A stretch of DNA of 63,998 nt, counting the filler, from Octopus bimaculoides (lineage: Eukaryota), in assembly GCF_001194135.2 (NCBI RefSeq). It is 4 parts of 4 records of this genome, joined end to end, with 100 filler letters (N's around TTAATTAATTAA, not from the genome) between each part and the next. Parts side by side here need not be neighbours in the genome. Positions count along the whole stretch, not along the records: positions 1 to 23,510 come from NC_068995.1; positions 23,611 to 46,721 come from NC_068997.1; 2 more parts are not named here. One strand, given 5' to 3'. Below the pieces are notes generated by a model. The model was not told the origin of the DNA and searched no databases. It saw nothing but the letters and a program-made list of their open reading frames with translations. Positions 13,770 to 26,744 of this stretch are shown piece after piece (the first letter of the stretch is position 1; each line of letters starts with the position of its first letter). Position numbers and translations under genes: made by a program.

Positions 13770-13978
13770 ATGAGCTGGCAGAATCGCTAGCGTGCTGGAC
13801 GCAGTGCTTAGCGGTATTTCACCCGTTGCTACGGTCTGAGTTCAAATTCCGCCCAAGTCGACTTCACCTTTCATCCTTTCGGGGTCGATAAACTAAATAC
13901 CAGTCAAGTAACAGGGCTGATGTAATCGACTATTCCCCTCCCCACAAATTCCAGGCCTTGTGCCTATAGTAGAAACGA
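13770..13978 (+). mobile_element. Family-A SINE with (ATT)n tail
   Basis: GAGCTGGCAGAATCGCTAGC...GAGTTCAAATTCCGCC...AGAAACG followed by (ATT)n. Confidence 0.85.
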
Positions 13979-14441
13979 TTATTATTATTATTATTATTAT
14001 TATTATACAAGACATTACTTCACTGAACATTTCGTCATTGGGTTCATTCCTATTATATTCTCAACAATAACAAACGTTACTTTATCCTTCCAGTCTGTCC
14101 TCTCACACTTGTCAAAACTCCCTAGGGTGAAGGGGGGAAAAATGCAATGTTATAAAAGTGTATTTGTTATTTTGAAGGGTTTTCCTGTATAACTACGATG
14201 TCATGAAGACATTACGAAAGAGAGGCGTGGACCGTTTCAACGGGATCATCTCTAAAGTGTCTGCCATGATACAGTGATAAGCAATAGAAGTTCAATTGCG
14301 GTGGAGAAGATATAGACTCTTATTGTAAAGAGGAGAAATTCTATCAATTATGCAAGACACAATTATTATTTCTAAAGAAGGAATTCCATAGAAAATTTTG
14401 AATACATATTGGTCCACCATGGAAATATATGATGCAAACAC

Positions 14442-14501
<60 letters not shown>

Positions 14502-15467
14502 NNNNNNNNNNNNNNNNNNNNNNNNNNNNNNNNNNNNNNNNNNNNNNNNNNNNNNNNNNNNNNNNNNNNNNNNNNNNNNNNNNNNNNNNNNNNNNNNNNN
14601 NNNNNNNNNNNNNNNNNNNNNNNNNNNNNNNNNNNNNNNNNNNNNNNNNNNNNNNNNNNNNNNNNNNNNNNNNNNNNNNNNNNNNNNNNNNNNNNNNNNN
14701 NNNNNNNNNNNNNNNNNNNNNNNNNNNNNNNNNNNNNNNNNNNNNNNNNNNNNNNNNNNNNNNNNNNNNNNNNNNNNNNNNNNNNNNNNNNNNNNNNNNN
14801 NNNNNNNNNNNNNNNNNNNNNNNNNNNNNNNNNNNNNNNNNNNNNNNNNNNNNNNNNNNNNNNNNNNNNNNNNNNNNNNNNNNNNNNNNNNNNNNNNNNN
14901 NNNNNNNNNNNNNNNNNNNNNNNNNNNNNNNNNNNNNNNNNNNNNNNNNNNNNNNNNNNNNNNNNNNNNNNNNNNNNNNNNNNNNNNNNNNATATACACA
15001 AGTATGTACATGTCTGTTTACGCGCGCGCCCGAATGTATGTGCTGTTTTCTTTTCTTTTTATATTTCTGGTTGCACGACAGTATTAGTTTTGAAATAGTT
15101 GTCAGGAAGTGCATATCCGAAGCTAGGAAGTAAAAGGAGAAGAGACTCTATCGAACAGCAGGGTAATGTTATGAATGGATCTAGCTGTCACAGACGCGTG
15201 TAAATGTTCGCGGTTCGCATTCATATTACAAAGCTATTCGTCCAGGTGGAAATAACGAACTGTCCACCTATTTTGAGAGTGATTTTGGCTTCTTTATGTC
15301 TCATTCATTTCATTTCTAATTGTTGTTGTTGTTGTTGTTTTTGGCTTGTCCGTTTTTACCACGCACACACATACACACATACACACGCTTATATAAACAG
15401 ATGCACACATACATACTCAGAGAGTATTATTATTATTATCATTATTATTATTATTATTATTATTATT

Positions 15468-15842
15468 CAGTAGTTTTATTTTTATAACGTGCTTTCACTT
15501 CACTACCGAGCGCAGCTCTGTGCGCCTTGGGTATGTGCTGTGGTTTGCTGTGGTGCTCTTATGTTTACTGTATTGAAAGTGTTTTGCGTAGAATGTGTGC
15601 AGTACCCAGTAGTGCAATTTTCTGTATGTTATATATATTTGTAAGTCCTGGTGTTTTTGTTATGTATTTGTCTGAATATTTTTTTATTATACCTAAGGCA
15701 CCTACTATGATAGGAATTGTTTCTGTTTTTAGATTCCACATTCGAGTTACCTCTATTTCCAGGTCTTTGTATTTTGAAAGTTTTTCCATTTCTTTTAAAG
15801 AAACGTTGTCATCTGCTGGTATTGAAACATCAATTAGAAGCC
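15468..15842 (-). mobile_element. 5'-truncated R4/Dong-like non-LTR retrotransposon (RLE C-terminus plus 3' UTR)
   Basis: Minus frame LLIDVSIPADDNVSLKEMEKLSKYKDLEIEVTRMWNLKTETIPIIVGALG...QKIALLGTAHILRKTL is a typical restriction-like endonuclease end. It is flanked by TAA repeats on both sides (15425-15467 and 15843-15888). Confidence 0.85.
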
Positions 15843-15843
15843 A

Positions 15844-15874
<31 letters not shown>

Positions 15875-15888
15875 TATTATTATTATTA

Positions 15889-15966
15889 CTCAGGTCAGTG
15901 CTTGGAATCGAACTCGGAATCTTGGGGTCAGTAGCCTGCGCTCTCAACCACTACACCATATGCTTC
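15889..15966 (-). mobile_element. tRNA-derived SINE head followed by a (TAA)n tract
   Basis: Minus strand has A-box TGGTGTAGTGG and B-box GAGTTCGATTCC, then GACCTGAG and (TAA)n. There is no clean acceptor stem. Confidence 0.7.
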
Positions 15967-16760
15967 GTGGGCGGGCATATACATACATGCATACAAAAAT
16001 ACTCTGTTGTTGATGTTGAAACTCCAAAGAAGAATGCTTGGATCTAGGTTAGAAACCGGCTCTTTCTCTATTTGCAAGAAAACTGAACAATGGCATACAT
16101 ACATACATACATACATACATACATACATACATACCCTGTTGATGTTGAAATTCCAATGAAGGAATCTTGGATCTCAGAAACCGACTCCCCCTCTATTGCC
16201 ATGAGATTTTGAAATAAAACTAAATAACGATATACATATACATACATAGATTATAAGAAACTCATTCCTCATAATATTATACTCTCTGACGTTTATAACT
16301 ACATAATGAATGTTTTTAAAGATTCGAAACCATCCCCACTTGCTTTTATTCTTTTGCTTTTTTTTTTTACATCTACTCTCGAAATACATAACGCACTATC
16401 TCTCTTTCGAGAACAATATAATCCTGGACGCCATGATTTACCATCATCAATCTCAACTATGAAAGAATTTAGAAAACGTAATCGTTAATATGAATTGTTT
16501 CATAATCGAACACTTCCGTTCTTTAAATCATTCATTATTGAATGTCAAGATTAAATTTTTAAAATATAATCAATATGAATATTACTGATGAAAGGTCAAG
16601 AATTTGTATACTGGTCAGAGATATAGGTTGAGATTGTCAAATACATCGCCAGCAGATTGACCGAATAATTGACGTCTCATGAACTCAAACTAACCTGCTT
16701 TGTATAAAATGTTTTGCGTTACTAAAGCAGCCGTTGTGTCGAGTCATTTCATCGCTGGGT

Positions 16761-16819
<59 letters not shown>

Positions 16820-16846
16820 CATACATACATACATACATACACACAG

Positions 16847-16880
<34 letters not shown>

Positions 16881-16918
16881 GTGTGTGTGTATGTATATGT
16901 GTGTGTTATGTATGTATG

Positions 16919-16951
<33 letters not shown>

Positions 16952-17353
16952 TTCTTTTGATGCACCGGAAATAGTAAATTACAACACTTAATTCAAATGT
17001 AGAGTATTCTTCTATACATTATCACTGAAGGTTATAATTTATTAATTAAAAGTAATAATTTTAATTAATGACTGTATCTGTGAGTTTATCCTGCATGCGC
17101 ATGTGCAGATGCATACATACACATAAGCACTCTCATTCATACATATATACCCAGAGTTATATAAACATGCAAATATATACGCATAGGTGCAGGAGTGCCT
17201 GTGTGATTAGGAGCTTGTTTACCTGTCACATATTTCCGGGTTCAGTCCCACTGCGTGGCACCTTGGGCGAGTGTTTTCTACTATAGTCGTGTGTCGACCA
17301 AAGCCTTGTGAGTGGATTTGGTAGACGGAAACTGAAAGACGCTTGTCGTATAT

Positions 17354-17830
17354 ATCAGGTCATCTGTCCGAATTTTGAATAATAAAAGACAAGTGATCAA
17401 ATATTATATTCAATTGAAATTTAATCATCAATGTACTTTCCCTGATTATCTATGACTTCCTTCTATCTATTTACAAGCTTTTTAATCTCATCAATATAAA
17501 ACTCTTTTTGTTTGAAAGTGAAGAACTCTGAAATGTTAGTTTCGACCTCCTCCTGGCTTGCGAAAGTTATGTCCCCCAAATGATTCTGTAAACTACGAAA
17601 CAAATGGTAGTCTGAAAGAGCAAAGTTGGGACAATAAAATGGATGAGGAATTTTTTCCCAACCAAGCTCTTCGATCTTCTGTGATGTGATCTTTGCAGTG
17701 TGAGGTCACGCATTGTCCTGATGAAACATCACTCCTTTTCGATTCACTAAAGCAGGTCTTTATTTCTTCAAAGCTTGCTTCAAACACTCTAATTGCTGAC
17801 AGTGGACTTGAGCATTGATTGTTGTATTAG
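17354..17830 (-). mobile_element. Mariner transposase 3' fragment inserted at a TA run next to a family-B SINE half
   Basis: Minus frame KQALVNRKGVMFHQDNA*PHTAKITSQKIEELGWEKIPHPFYCPNFALSDYHLFRSLQNHL matches the mariner HQDNARPH and SPDLAPSDYHLF motifs. Confidence 0.85.
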
Positions 17831-18728
17831 GTTGTAACAATTCAAAGTGAATTACTCCTTTGCAATCCCACCAGATAGTTCTGAGTTCAACTTCCGCCGA
17901 GGTCCACTTTGCCTTTCATCCTTTCGGGGTCGATAGATTAAGTACCAATCGTGTATTGGGGTCGATCTGATCGACTGGCCCCCTCCCCGAAATTTTCAGG
18001 CCTTGTGCCTAGAGCAGAAAAGAATTATAAGTCTGTTTAAATATGTTTCCCAAATAATTCTCATTTTAAATTGCAAATAAATATCTTTCGAGAACGATGT
18101 TTATTGCTTTTACCTTTAATCTTTGTAGTTATTTGAGTCATTGGACTACTGCCATGCTGGAGCATCGCACTGAAGGCTCTAATCGAATAAATTAACCCAT
18201 GTACTTGTCTGTAAGTCTAGCACTAATTCTATTGCTATCTTCTGCTGAAGCAATGTGACGGCAACGTAAACAAACTAAGAACGGTTGTCAAAGTCGGTGA
18301 GAAATAGACACAATCACACGCATATGCATTTATTCGTTTATTCTTTTATTCTTTTACTTCTTTCAGTCATTGGACTGCGGCCAAGCTGGAGTACCGACTT
18401 TATGCATATAAATTTTAGTCTCCGTTTATCAAATTCGTTGAAGGCATTGGTCTGCTCGAGGCTATAATTAGAAGACACATATCCAAGGTACCCTGCAGTA
18501 GGACTGAACGCAAAACCAAGTGATTGCAAAGCAAGCGTCTTAACCACATAACCACGCCTTTATTTTCTTTCTTTCTTTCTTTTTTCAGCTTAAAATAATT
18601 TTTGGTATTTTGATGTTTTCAGATTGCAGTTTTCAGCATAAAAATATTTTGGGATTCTGATCATTAGGGAATTCAGCATTCAGTATTATGGCATTTGGGA
18701 TTCAGTCTTGCGGGATTATGACGAAAAC

Positions 18729-18905
<177 letters not shown>

Positions 18906-19199
18906 AATAAATATATATATATATATAAACGAGATATCAAATTAAATAGGGAAGGTATGAGAAAAAGAGGCTTCAAATAGAGTGGAATTGAATCTCAAAG
19001 ACACAAAAGATTTACGATTCCTAAGTTTAAAAACCAACAATAGCAAAAAAATATAAGTTGTTTTGTACACATACAAAGACAAAAAAAAACTTGCAAAACA
19101 TAATGTATTTGCGTCATGAAAATTTAGTAACTTCGAGAGAACGTGAAACAATTCGTTTATAACGGAGGACTTGAAGAAGATAAAGCTATAAATAGCCCT

Positions 19200-19395
19200 T
19201 TATACTATAGGTACAATAATGCCAGCAATTTTGGCGATTACATCGACCCTAGTGCTTAACTAGTATTTATTTCATCGACTCACGATAGGATGAATGGCAA
19301 AATCGAACTCGGCAGAATTTGAACTCATATCGTAAAGAGGGACGAAATACCGATAGGCATCTTACCCGGAGTGCTAACGATTCTGCCAGCTCCCC
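19200..19395 (-). mobile_element. Family-A SINE
   Basis: Reverse complement of the family-A consensus (...GGCAGAATTTGAACTC...GCTAACGATTCTGCCAGCTC). Confidence 0.8.
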
Positions 19396-19624
19396 AACTT
19401 AAAACTATACATAATAGCCTGTAAATATTGTCTAATGGCTCTTCAATAGGAGAACGTCTATCAGGGGATGAGGACTCTCCTATCCCAAGTGCAGTTCTCG
19501 AATTTTCTATCCAAAGGCTTTTTCAACCCAATATTATTATTATGAAATACATGAAAAATTTGATATGACAGAGGGCCTTTGTTATGCATGTATGTACGTA
19601 TATATATATATATATATATACATA

Positions 19625-19905
19625 CATATGAGGAAGTCAAAATTTATCCACACTTTCGCCATGACATATCTTTAAAAGTAGTCACACTGCTTTCTGCGCA
19701 TGCGTGCATATAGCTGGTGCTATTGCGGTCACGTGATCGAAGGATGAGACTGATCGCACCATTTCTGGCTTTACAGTATAAGCAAGGCCGCTTCACTAGC
19801 AATATGCACCAATGGAGAACAAAGAGCAATGATCCGATTTCTCTGATCGGAAGGTGTGACAGCTGCTGAAATTCATTGCAGGCTTTTAGCACAATACAGG
19901 TACAG
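19625..19905 (+). mobile_element. Mariner 5' end (TIR-like end plus N-terminal HTH)
   Basis: TIR-like GAGGAAGTCAAAATTTATCCACAC after a TA run. Translation CTNGEQRAMIRFL*SEGVTAAEIHCRLLAQY matches the mariner N-terminal helix-turn-helix. Confidence 0.75.
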
Positions 19906-20139
19906 TGCACTTACCTCATCCATGCAGATATAGAAACGCCAATGTTAACCGTTATGTGGGCGAGCATATGTACGTGTGTATGTGTGTGTGTAAGACAAAG
20001 TAAGACAGAGAGAGTAGTGAGTGAGCGTGTGTGTGTGCATGTGCGAATCAACAAATGACAAACAGAATGACTTGTTTAATGACGGGGTAAGTTCGATCCT
20101 AAAACTAGTCAGTTGTTAGTTATATCTATCTAATGAATA

Positions 20140-20396
20140 AAAAAAATAAATGCGCCCTTTTAAGGCCTAGTCAGGCTCATGGGCCCGGTTTCCCGGTTTC
20201 AATGGCATGTGTGTTCCCCAGCTGGACGGGACGCCAGTCCATCGCAACGTTACTCATTTTCGCCAGCTGAGTGGACTGGAGCAACGTGAAATGAAGTGTT
20301 TTGCTCAAGAACACAACGCGTCGCCCGGTCCAGGAATCGAAACCACAATCTTACGATCATGATGCTGACACCCTAACCACTAAGCCACGCACCTCC
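20140..20396 (-). mobile_element. tRNA-derived SINE with a CORE-like central domain ('family C')
   Basis: Minus strand has GTGGCTTAGTGG (A box), GGTTTCGATTCC (B box), then TTGAGCAAAACACTTCATTTCACGTTGCTCCAGTCCACTCAGCTGG. A second copy lies at ~45480-45665. Confidence 0.8.
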
Positions 20397-21260
20397 ACAG
20401 TTATATCTATCTATTTACATATAAACCGCTGCCAATGATTGTTGATTTTTAATCAGTATATTCAAACGATGAACGTAATAAGATCTCGAAAAACTATCTA
20501 CCATTTAGTTTTATCAAATTACTTGACTTTTAATATGATATTTTCGTCATATGACCTGCTATGACTTCTGGTTGATCCGCCATTGAAGGGAAAGCGAGTC
20601 GTTTCATTTCATTAACATTTCTACTCTCCGTATTACTATTGTATCAGACCTCGAGATTGTTTTTTTACTCTTTAACTATCTAATGCCTTTTGTTAATAAT
20701 TATTGACACTTCGTATACGACACGGTTTTATGGGGAGAAAATAAGAAAATTGAATGCATGGGCGAACTATGAGGATCCTTGTCATTTGAATAACATTATT
20801 GAGTGGAAGCAATTATATAATGGCTGGTGATTATTAGAGGATTGTTGACATTTGAAATATTTATATATTTGTGCATACACACACATATGTATGTGTATAA
20901 AGATGTATATCTACATGAATATGTATATACATATACACAGACACACACACACACACATATACATATATATATATACGTATATATGAATATGTGTATATGT
21001 GTGTATGTACACTTACATGTACACATACACACATACACACTTCCGCCGCGCGCAAGCATGTATATCGCTTTGTCCACCGAGTAAGGGGTGGGGTGGAGGC
21101 GTTATTGGAAAGCTAAAACAATGCGAAGTGCCTAGTGACCAGCGATGTTTAACAACATCAGATTCGATTCCATGATACCGTCGTAGATAAATAAACAGAC
21201 AGACAGACAGACAGATAGACAGACAGACAGACAGTCAGATAGACAGACAGACAGACAGAC

Positions 21261-21328
<68 letters not shown>

Positions 21329-21552
21329 CTATTGTATATATTATTATATATTATAGTTGATATTACATTATATTATATTTTTATATATTATATACATACA
21401 TACATATATATATCGTCGCATCCATGACCAACATCTCATTTGTCTTCAGGAATTGTGTAATTAATCTTAGAATGTATCCTCAGATATCAGCTCATTTAAG
21501 AGAGTAGAATGTGATTTCCCCCGGAAACCAATATTTCTACCATATGAATCGG

Positions 21553-22142
21553 TGTGTTGGTAGAATCGTTGGCACGCCGAGCGAAACACTTAACGGTATT
21601 TCGTGTGTCCTTACGTTCTGAGTTCAATTTCCGCCGCGGTCGACTTTGCCTTTCGTCCTTTCGGAGGTCGATAAATTATGTACCAGTTGCGTACTGGGGT
21701 CGACTGGACCCCTCCCCTAAAATTTCGGGCCTTGTGCCTAGAATAGAAAAGAATATTTTTAAGGCGGCGAGCTGACAAAAACGTTAGCACGCTGGGCGAA
21801 ATGCTTAGCGGTATTTCGTCTGTCTTTACGTTCCGAGTTCAAATTCCGCCGAGGTCGACTTTGTCTTTCTTCCTTTCGGAGTCGATAAATTAAGTACCAG
21901 ATTGCAAACTAGGGTCGATGTAATCGACTGACTCCCTCCCCAAAAATTTCGGGCTCTGTGCCTAGAGTAGAAAAGAATTGTTGGCATTTCGTCCGCCTTA
22001 TGTTCTGAGTTCAAATTCCGCTGAGGTCGATTTTGCCTTTCATCATTTCAGAGTCGATTAAATAAGTTGAGTACAAGAGTTGATGCAATTGATTTAAGAA
22101 CTTCTCCGATGTTGCTGGCCTTGTGCCAAAATTTGAAACTAA
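21553..22142 (+). mobile_element. Head-to-tail cluster of 3 family-A SINEs
   Basis: Units start near 21553, 21762 and 21980, each with GAGTTCAA(A)TT(C)CG. Confidence 0.85.
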
Positions 22143-22475
22143 TATCGAAGGCCCCTCGTTACACACGCTTTGCGGTGGTCACTTGTGAGGGTTTGGATAT
22201 TTTAATGAAATGCTTGGGTATTCTGCAGGTGTCTGTGTGTCTCTTTGTGTGTGCTTGTATACGTGCATGTCGGGTGTTTCTGCGTGTATGCATGAGTGTA
22301 CACGTGGGCGTATGCGTGGGCACATATGTGGGCGTACGTGTATAGATAATTTGCATGTATCCTTCTGAAGATGCATTCTGATTAGTGATGTTTATAAAAA
22401 TGAAAGAAAAATCTTAGATATTTATAAAATACAAGGGTGTCAACGTATCTGCATGGAGTATTTATATATATACTC

Positions 22476-22511
<36 letters not shown>

Positions 22512-23012
22512 CCTCTATATATATATATATATATGCACATGTATGTATGCATGGGTGTGTGTGTATTGCGTGTGCTGATGTACGAGTATGTCTGTGTCAG
22601 ATATGTGCATGTTAGACCAGCAGTGTGACTTATAAAATATACTTGGGAAAATTACAGCTGCATTTATGTATGCATGTACGTATGTGTGTATATATATATG
22701 TATATATATATATATATGCATATATGCATATATATATATACATTGATGATGCGCCTGTATGTGAATGCATATGTGTATACATGCATACACACAACGATAT
22801 ATATATGTGTGTGTATGTACATATATGTATATATATACATATATATATGTATATATGTGTGTGTGTTTTTGTATAATATATATAGTATGTAATATATACA
22901 CACACATGTGTGTATATATGGATACAAATCACCTCAATACAAATCACTTCCTCTATTCTTAGTGATATGAGTCATCTGTAAAAGAATTAATTAGATAAAC
23001 ATACGCATAAAA

Positions 23013-23059
<47 letters not shown>

Positions 23060-23510
23060 TGTGTGTGTGTGCCTAAGTGTATGAGTCTGTGTGCGTGACA
23101 CATACATACTTACACACATGTGCACATATATGTAGATATAGATATGCACACACACACACACACACATACACACACACACACATACACACACACACACAAG
23201 AACATGCGCGGAGTGAGATGCTAAAGGAAGTGATCGCTCCGACGAGCTCTTCCCCATTAAAGCTAGTTGAAACGTCATTTCATTTTGCTTACGTAGATAA
23301 GCCCTAGGGAAAGGCATGAACGTACCAACGTCTAAATTGTCTCCTTATACAACAAAAAAAATATGAATGTAATTCTACTTTCCGGTACGTACACACATTC
23401 ACTCAAATACATACACACACATGTTCACATGCATCACGCACATGCACGCACACATATATATATGTATATATATATATATATATAAATATAAATATATATA
23501 TATGTATATA

Positions 23511-23610
23511 NNNNNNNNNNNNNNNNNNNNNNNNNNNNNNNNNNNNNNNNNNNNTTAATTAATTAANNNNNNNNNNNNNNNNNNNNNNNNNNNNNNNNNN
23601 NNNNNNNNNN
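23511..23610. other. Artificial scaffold-join spacer: 44 N + TTAATTAATTAA + 44 N
   Basis: The identical 100-bp construct also occurs at 46722-46821 and 62832-62931. The 12-mer places stops in all six frames. Confidence 0.95.
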
Positions 23611-23695
23611 GGCCTTAAGGAGAAAAACTTTCCTGAGGAAAGACAACAAATGTCTCTAAGGAAAAAATATACAAAAGAAGTGCGCACTTCAGAGG
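23611..23695 (+). mobile_element. Plus-strand fragment of CR1-group LINE ORF1, inverted relative to the adjacent copy
   Basis: GGCCTTAAGGAGAAAAACTTTCCTGAGGAAAGACAACAAA...GAAGTGCGCACTTCAGAG matches the reverse complement of ~25137-25217 with several substitutions. Confidence 0.8.
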
Positions 23696-25870
23696 GGTCC
23701 TAATCTTGCAGTATACTGAGACTGTTTCTTTTGCGTAATGAAAGAAGGCCTTTGGGTTTGAAATAATGTTTTTTATAACCCAGGCTTCTTTGTCTGCTCT
23801 CTCCCTCACATAGAATTGTTGCAGCCTTTTTTCAATCTCCATCAGTGTTGCTTTTAGGTAGGACCTTTCGCTACTTTTGTGATGTTGGTTGAGTTGATTT
23901 GCAACCTTTGTCCATCGTCTCATGAGGATCTTCCTCTCCCTTGGAATCTTGTTCATAAATATGGCCTTGTGTTCTGGGACATATTTCTGGCATATGGTTT
24001 GCACAACAGACATGAAACACTGTAGTTTAATGCCAATGTCTGGTGTGGAGAGATATTTCGGCCAGTCCTGTCTGAGGATCTCTTTTTGGATCGATTTCCA
24101 GTCTGCTTTGTGGAAGTTCAGATTGGGGAGATTTCGGGTGCTTCTTTAGGCTGTATGCCTCTGGCTACTTGTGGCCAAATATAGACAGCTCTATTATGTT
24201 GTGATCCAAGACTAATGTTGGCGTCACTTTCAAATCATGAACGATGTCCATATTTTTCGTGAAGCAGAGATCCAAAATGTTATTCATCATAGTTGGTCTG
24301 AGTACAGCTTGCTCCATGAATAGGGCATTGGTGAGTTTGAGCAGAGACTCCACCTATGCTTGCTTGCAATGAGTCATTCCTGAGAACATGAGACCTTTGA
24401 GCCATTTAACTTTGGGGAAGTTGAAATCACCCATAAGAAATATGATCACATGGTTTTCCAATTTCATGGGGATTTCTTTAATTCCTGAGAGGCAATCTTC
24501 GAACTTGCCTATGTGGTTTGGAGCATCCGGTGGGCAATATGTATTGCATATGGCTATATTGTGTTGTCTTATGTATACAATTATAGTGTCACATACTGAA
24601 TTTGAGTATGACAGTAAGATCTGGGGTGTGAGGTCGTCACGGATGTATACAGCAACTCCACCATGGCTCCTTTNNNNNNNNNNNNNNNNNNNNNNNNNNN
24701 NNNNNNNNNNNNNNNNNNNNNNNNNNNNNNNNNNNNNNNNNNNNNNNNNNNNNNNNNNNNNNNNNNNNNNNNNNNNNNNNNNNNNNNNNNNNNNNNNNNN
24801 NNNNNNNNNNNNNNNNNNNNNNNNNNNNNNNNNNNNNNNNNNNNNNNNNNNNNNNNNNNNNNNNNNNNNNNNNNNNNNNNNNNNNNNNNNNNNNNNNNNN
24901 NNNNNNNNNNNNNNNNNNNNNNNNNNNNNNNNNNNNNNNNNNNNNNNNNNNNNNNNNNNNNNNNNNNNNNNNNNNNNNNNNNNNNNNNNNNNNNNNNNNN
25001 NNNNNNNNNNNNNNNNNNNNNNNNNNNNNNNNNNNNNNNNNNNNNNNNNNNNNNNNNNNNNNNNNNNNTGCTGCACAATCTTTTGCGCCATGTACAAAAA
25101 AGACTCTTGCTCAGCTGCTGCCTTGCACATAACCTCTGAAGAGCGCACTTCTTTTGTAAATTTTTTCCTTGAAGATGTTTGTTGTCTTTCCTCAGGGAAG
25201 TTTTTCTCCTTAAGGCCCCTGTAGTTTTGGTAGGGTGTCAGGTGAGCAAACCAACAGTTTTTGCCATCTTCCCCATGCCAACATTTGCCTTGCAGGTAAA
25301 ATCTGCAGGTCCTTGAGTGCCTTCCAAATTTCTTCTTTCCTGTAGGGTTTTGGATTGCATTGGATCCTCCATGGGGTTTTCTGTTTTTTGTTTGGTGGGT
25401 TGGGGTTTTGGTTGTTTCATTTTTGCCTTTTCCTTTTTCTTCCTTTCCTCCTTTATGTGTGTGATCGTGTTCTGTTCTTCCTTTTCTTGTGGTGGGAACT
25501 TTTTCCCTCTGTTTGTCCAATGGGGTGAGGGTTCCATTCCTTTGAAGGACCACTGGCACAGAGGGACTTCTAGTTGTTGCTTCCTTGGCTCCTCTATCCT
25601 TTTCTGCCGGGTCATTCACAGGGGTGGGGGATCCATTCTTCTGAGGAACCACTGGATCGAAGAGACTTCCGGGTTTTGTTTCCTTTTCTTTTTCTCTATC
25701 CTTATCAGCCTTGCCACAATAGTTTTCCATTATGACATCCAGGGTGTTAATGTGTGGTCTGATAAGCATATAGGATCTTCCGCTCTATCTGATCAATGGT
25801 TCTACAAAAGCCATTGTTTTTCAGTGCTGCAGTGATGATGTTGTTTGGTGGATCACCGCTAGCAATCATC
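23696..25870 (-). mobile_element. CR1-group LINE copy 1: ORF1 with CCCH finger, APE endonuclease and linker; RT not present
   Basis: ORF1 CRFYLQGKCWHGEDGKNCWFAH. APE motifs RSHGGVAVYIR, NTYCPPD, LMGDFNFP, NNILDLCF and DHNIIE. Linker NFHKADW...NIISNPKAFFHYAK. Stops and frameshifts present, with an N gap at 24674-25068. Confidence 0.85.
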
Positions 25871-26744
25871 CATGCTCACAACAGAAGATTCAATTCTTTC
25901 TTCTTCCACTTTGGTGCCATCTTTGTTTTATAAATGTGTATATATATATATATTTCTGTAGTTAGAGAGGAAGTGAGAGATAGTGGAGGTAGAAAAGAAG
26001 AAACACAGAGGGGGAATAGGGGAAGAGAGAGGATGGTATGAAGGAAAGAGAGAGGGTGATATGAAGGAAAGAGAGAGAGAGGGTGGGGGGTGTTAGCGAG
26101 ACAGAGAGAGGTAGAGGAGGGGGAGAGAAAGAGAGACAGAGTGAGGTAGAGGAGGGGAAGAGAAAGAGAGACAGTGAAGGAGAGGAGGGAAAGAGAAAGA
26201 GAGACAGAGGGAGGGAGAGGTTGGGAAGAGAAAGGGATATATATATTTATATATAAAAATATATTTATATTTATAAATATATATATATATTTTTTTATAT
26301 ATATAAATCTATATCTATACATATAANNNNNNNNNNNNNNNNNNNNNNNNNNNNNNNNNNNNNNNNNNNNNNNNNNNNNNNNNNNNNNNNNNNNNNNNNN
26401 NNNNNNNNNNNNNNNNNNNNNNNNNNNNNNNNNNNNNNNNNNNNNNNNNNNNNNNNNNNNNNNNNNNNNNNNNNNNNNNNNNNNNNNNNNNNNNNNNNNN
26501 NNNNNNNNNNNNNNNNNNNNNNNNNNNNNNNNNNNNNNNNNNNNNNNNNNNNNNNNNNNNNNNNNNNNNNNNNNNNNNNNNNNNNNNNNNNNNNNNNNNN
26601 NNNNNNNNNNNNNNNNNNNNNNNNNNNNNNNNNNNNNNNNNNNNNNNNNNNNNNNNNNNNNNNNNNNNNNNNNNNNNNNNNNNNNNNNNNNNNNNNNNNN
26701 NNNNNNNNNNNNNNNNNNNNNNNNNNNNNNNNNNNNNNNNNNNN

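Noticed and set aside
14180-14330. Short frame YNYDVMKTLRKRGVDRFNGIISKV as an exon or transposase piece
   Set aside because: No diagnostic motif, and stops follow immediately.
15889-15966. tRNA gene (likewise the head at 55957-56030)
   Set aside because: A and B boxes are present but there is no complete cloverleaf. Each runs into a SINE body or TAA tail, and the 55957 copy has a TSD.
16580-16625. CTGATGA...ACTGGTCAGAGA as a further hammerhead
   Set aside because: The GAAA core and stem II are absent. At best it is an unrecognisably decayed relic.
24354-25769. 471-aa ORF suggesting a CCCH-APE fusion protein
   Set aside because: It is open only because ~395 N are translated as X. Copy 2 shows ORF1 and ORF2 in different frames with stops between them.
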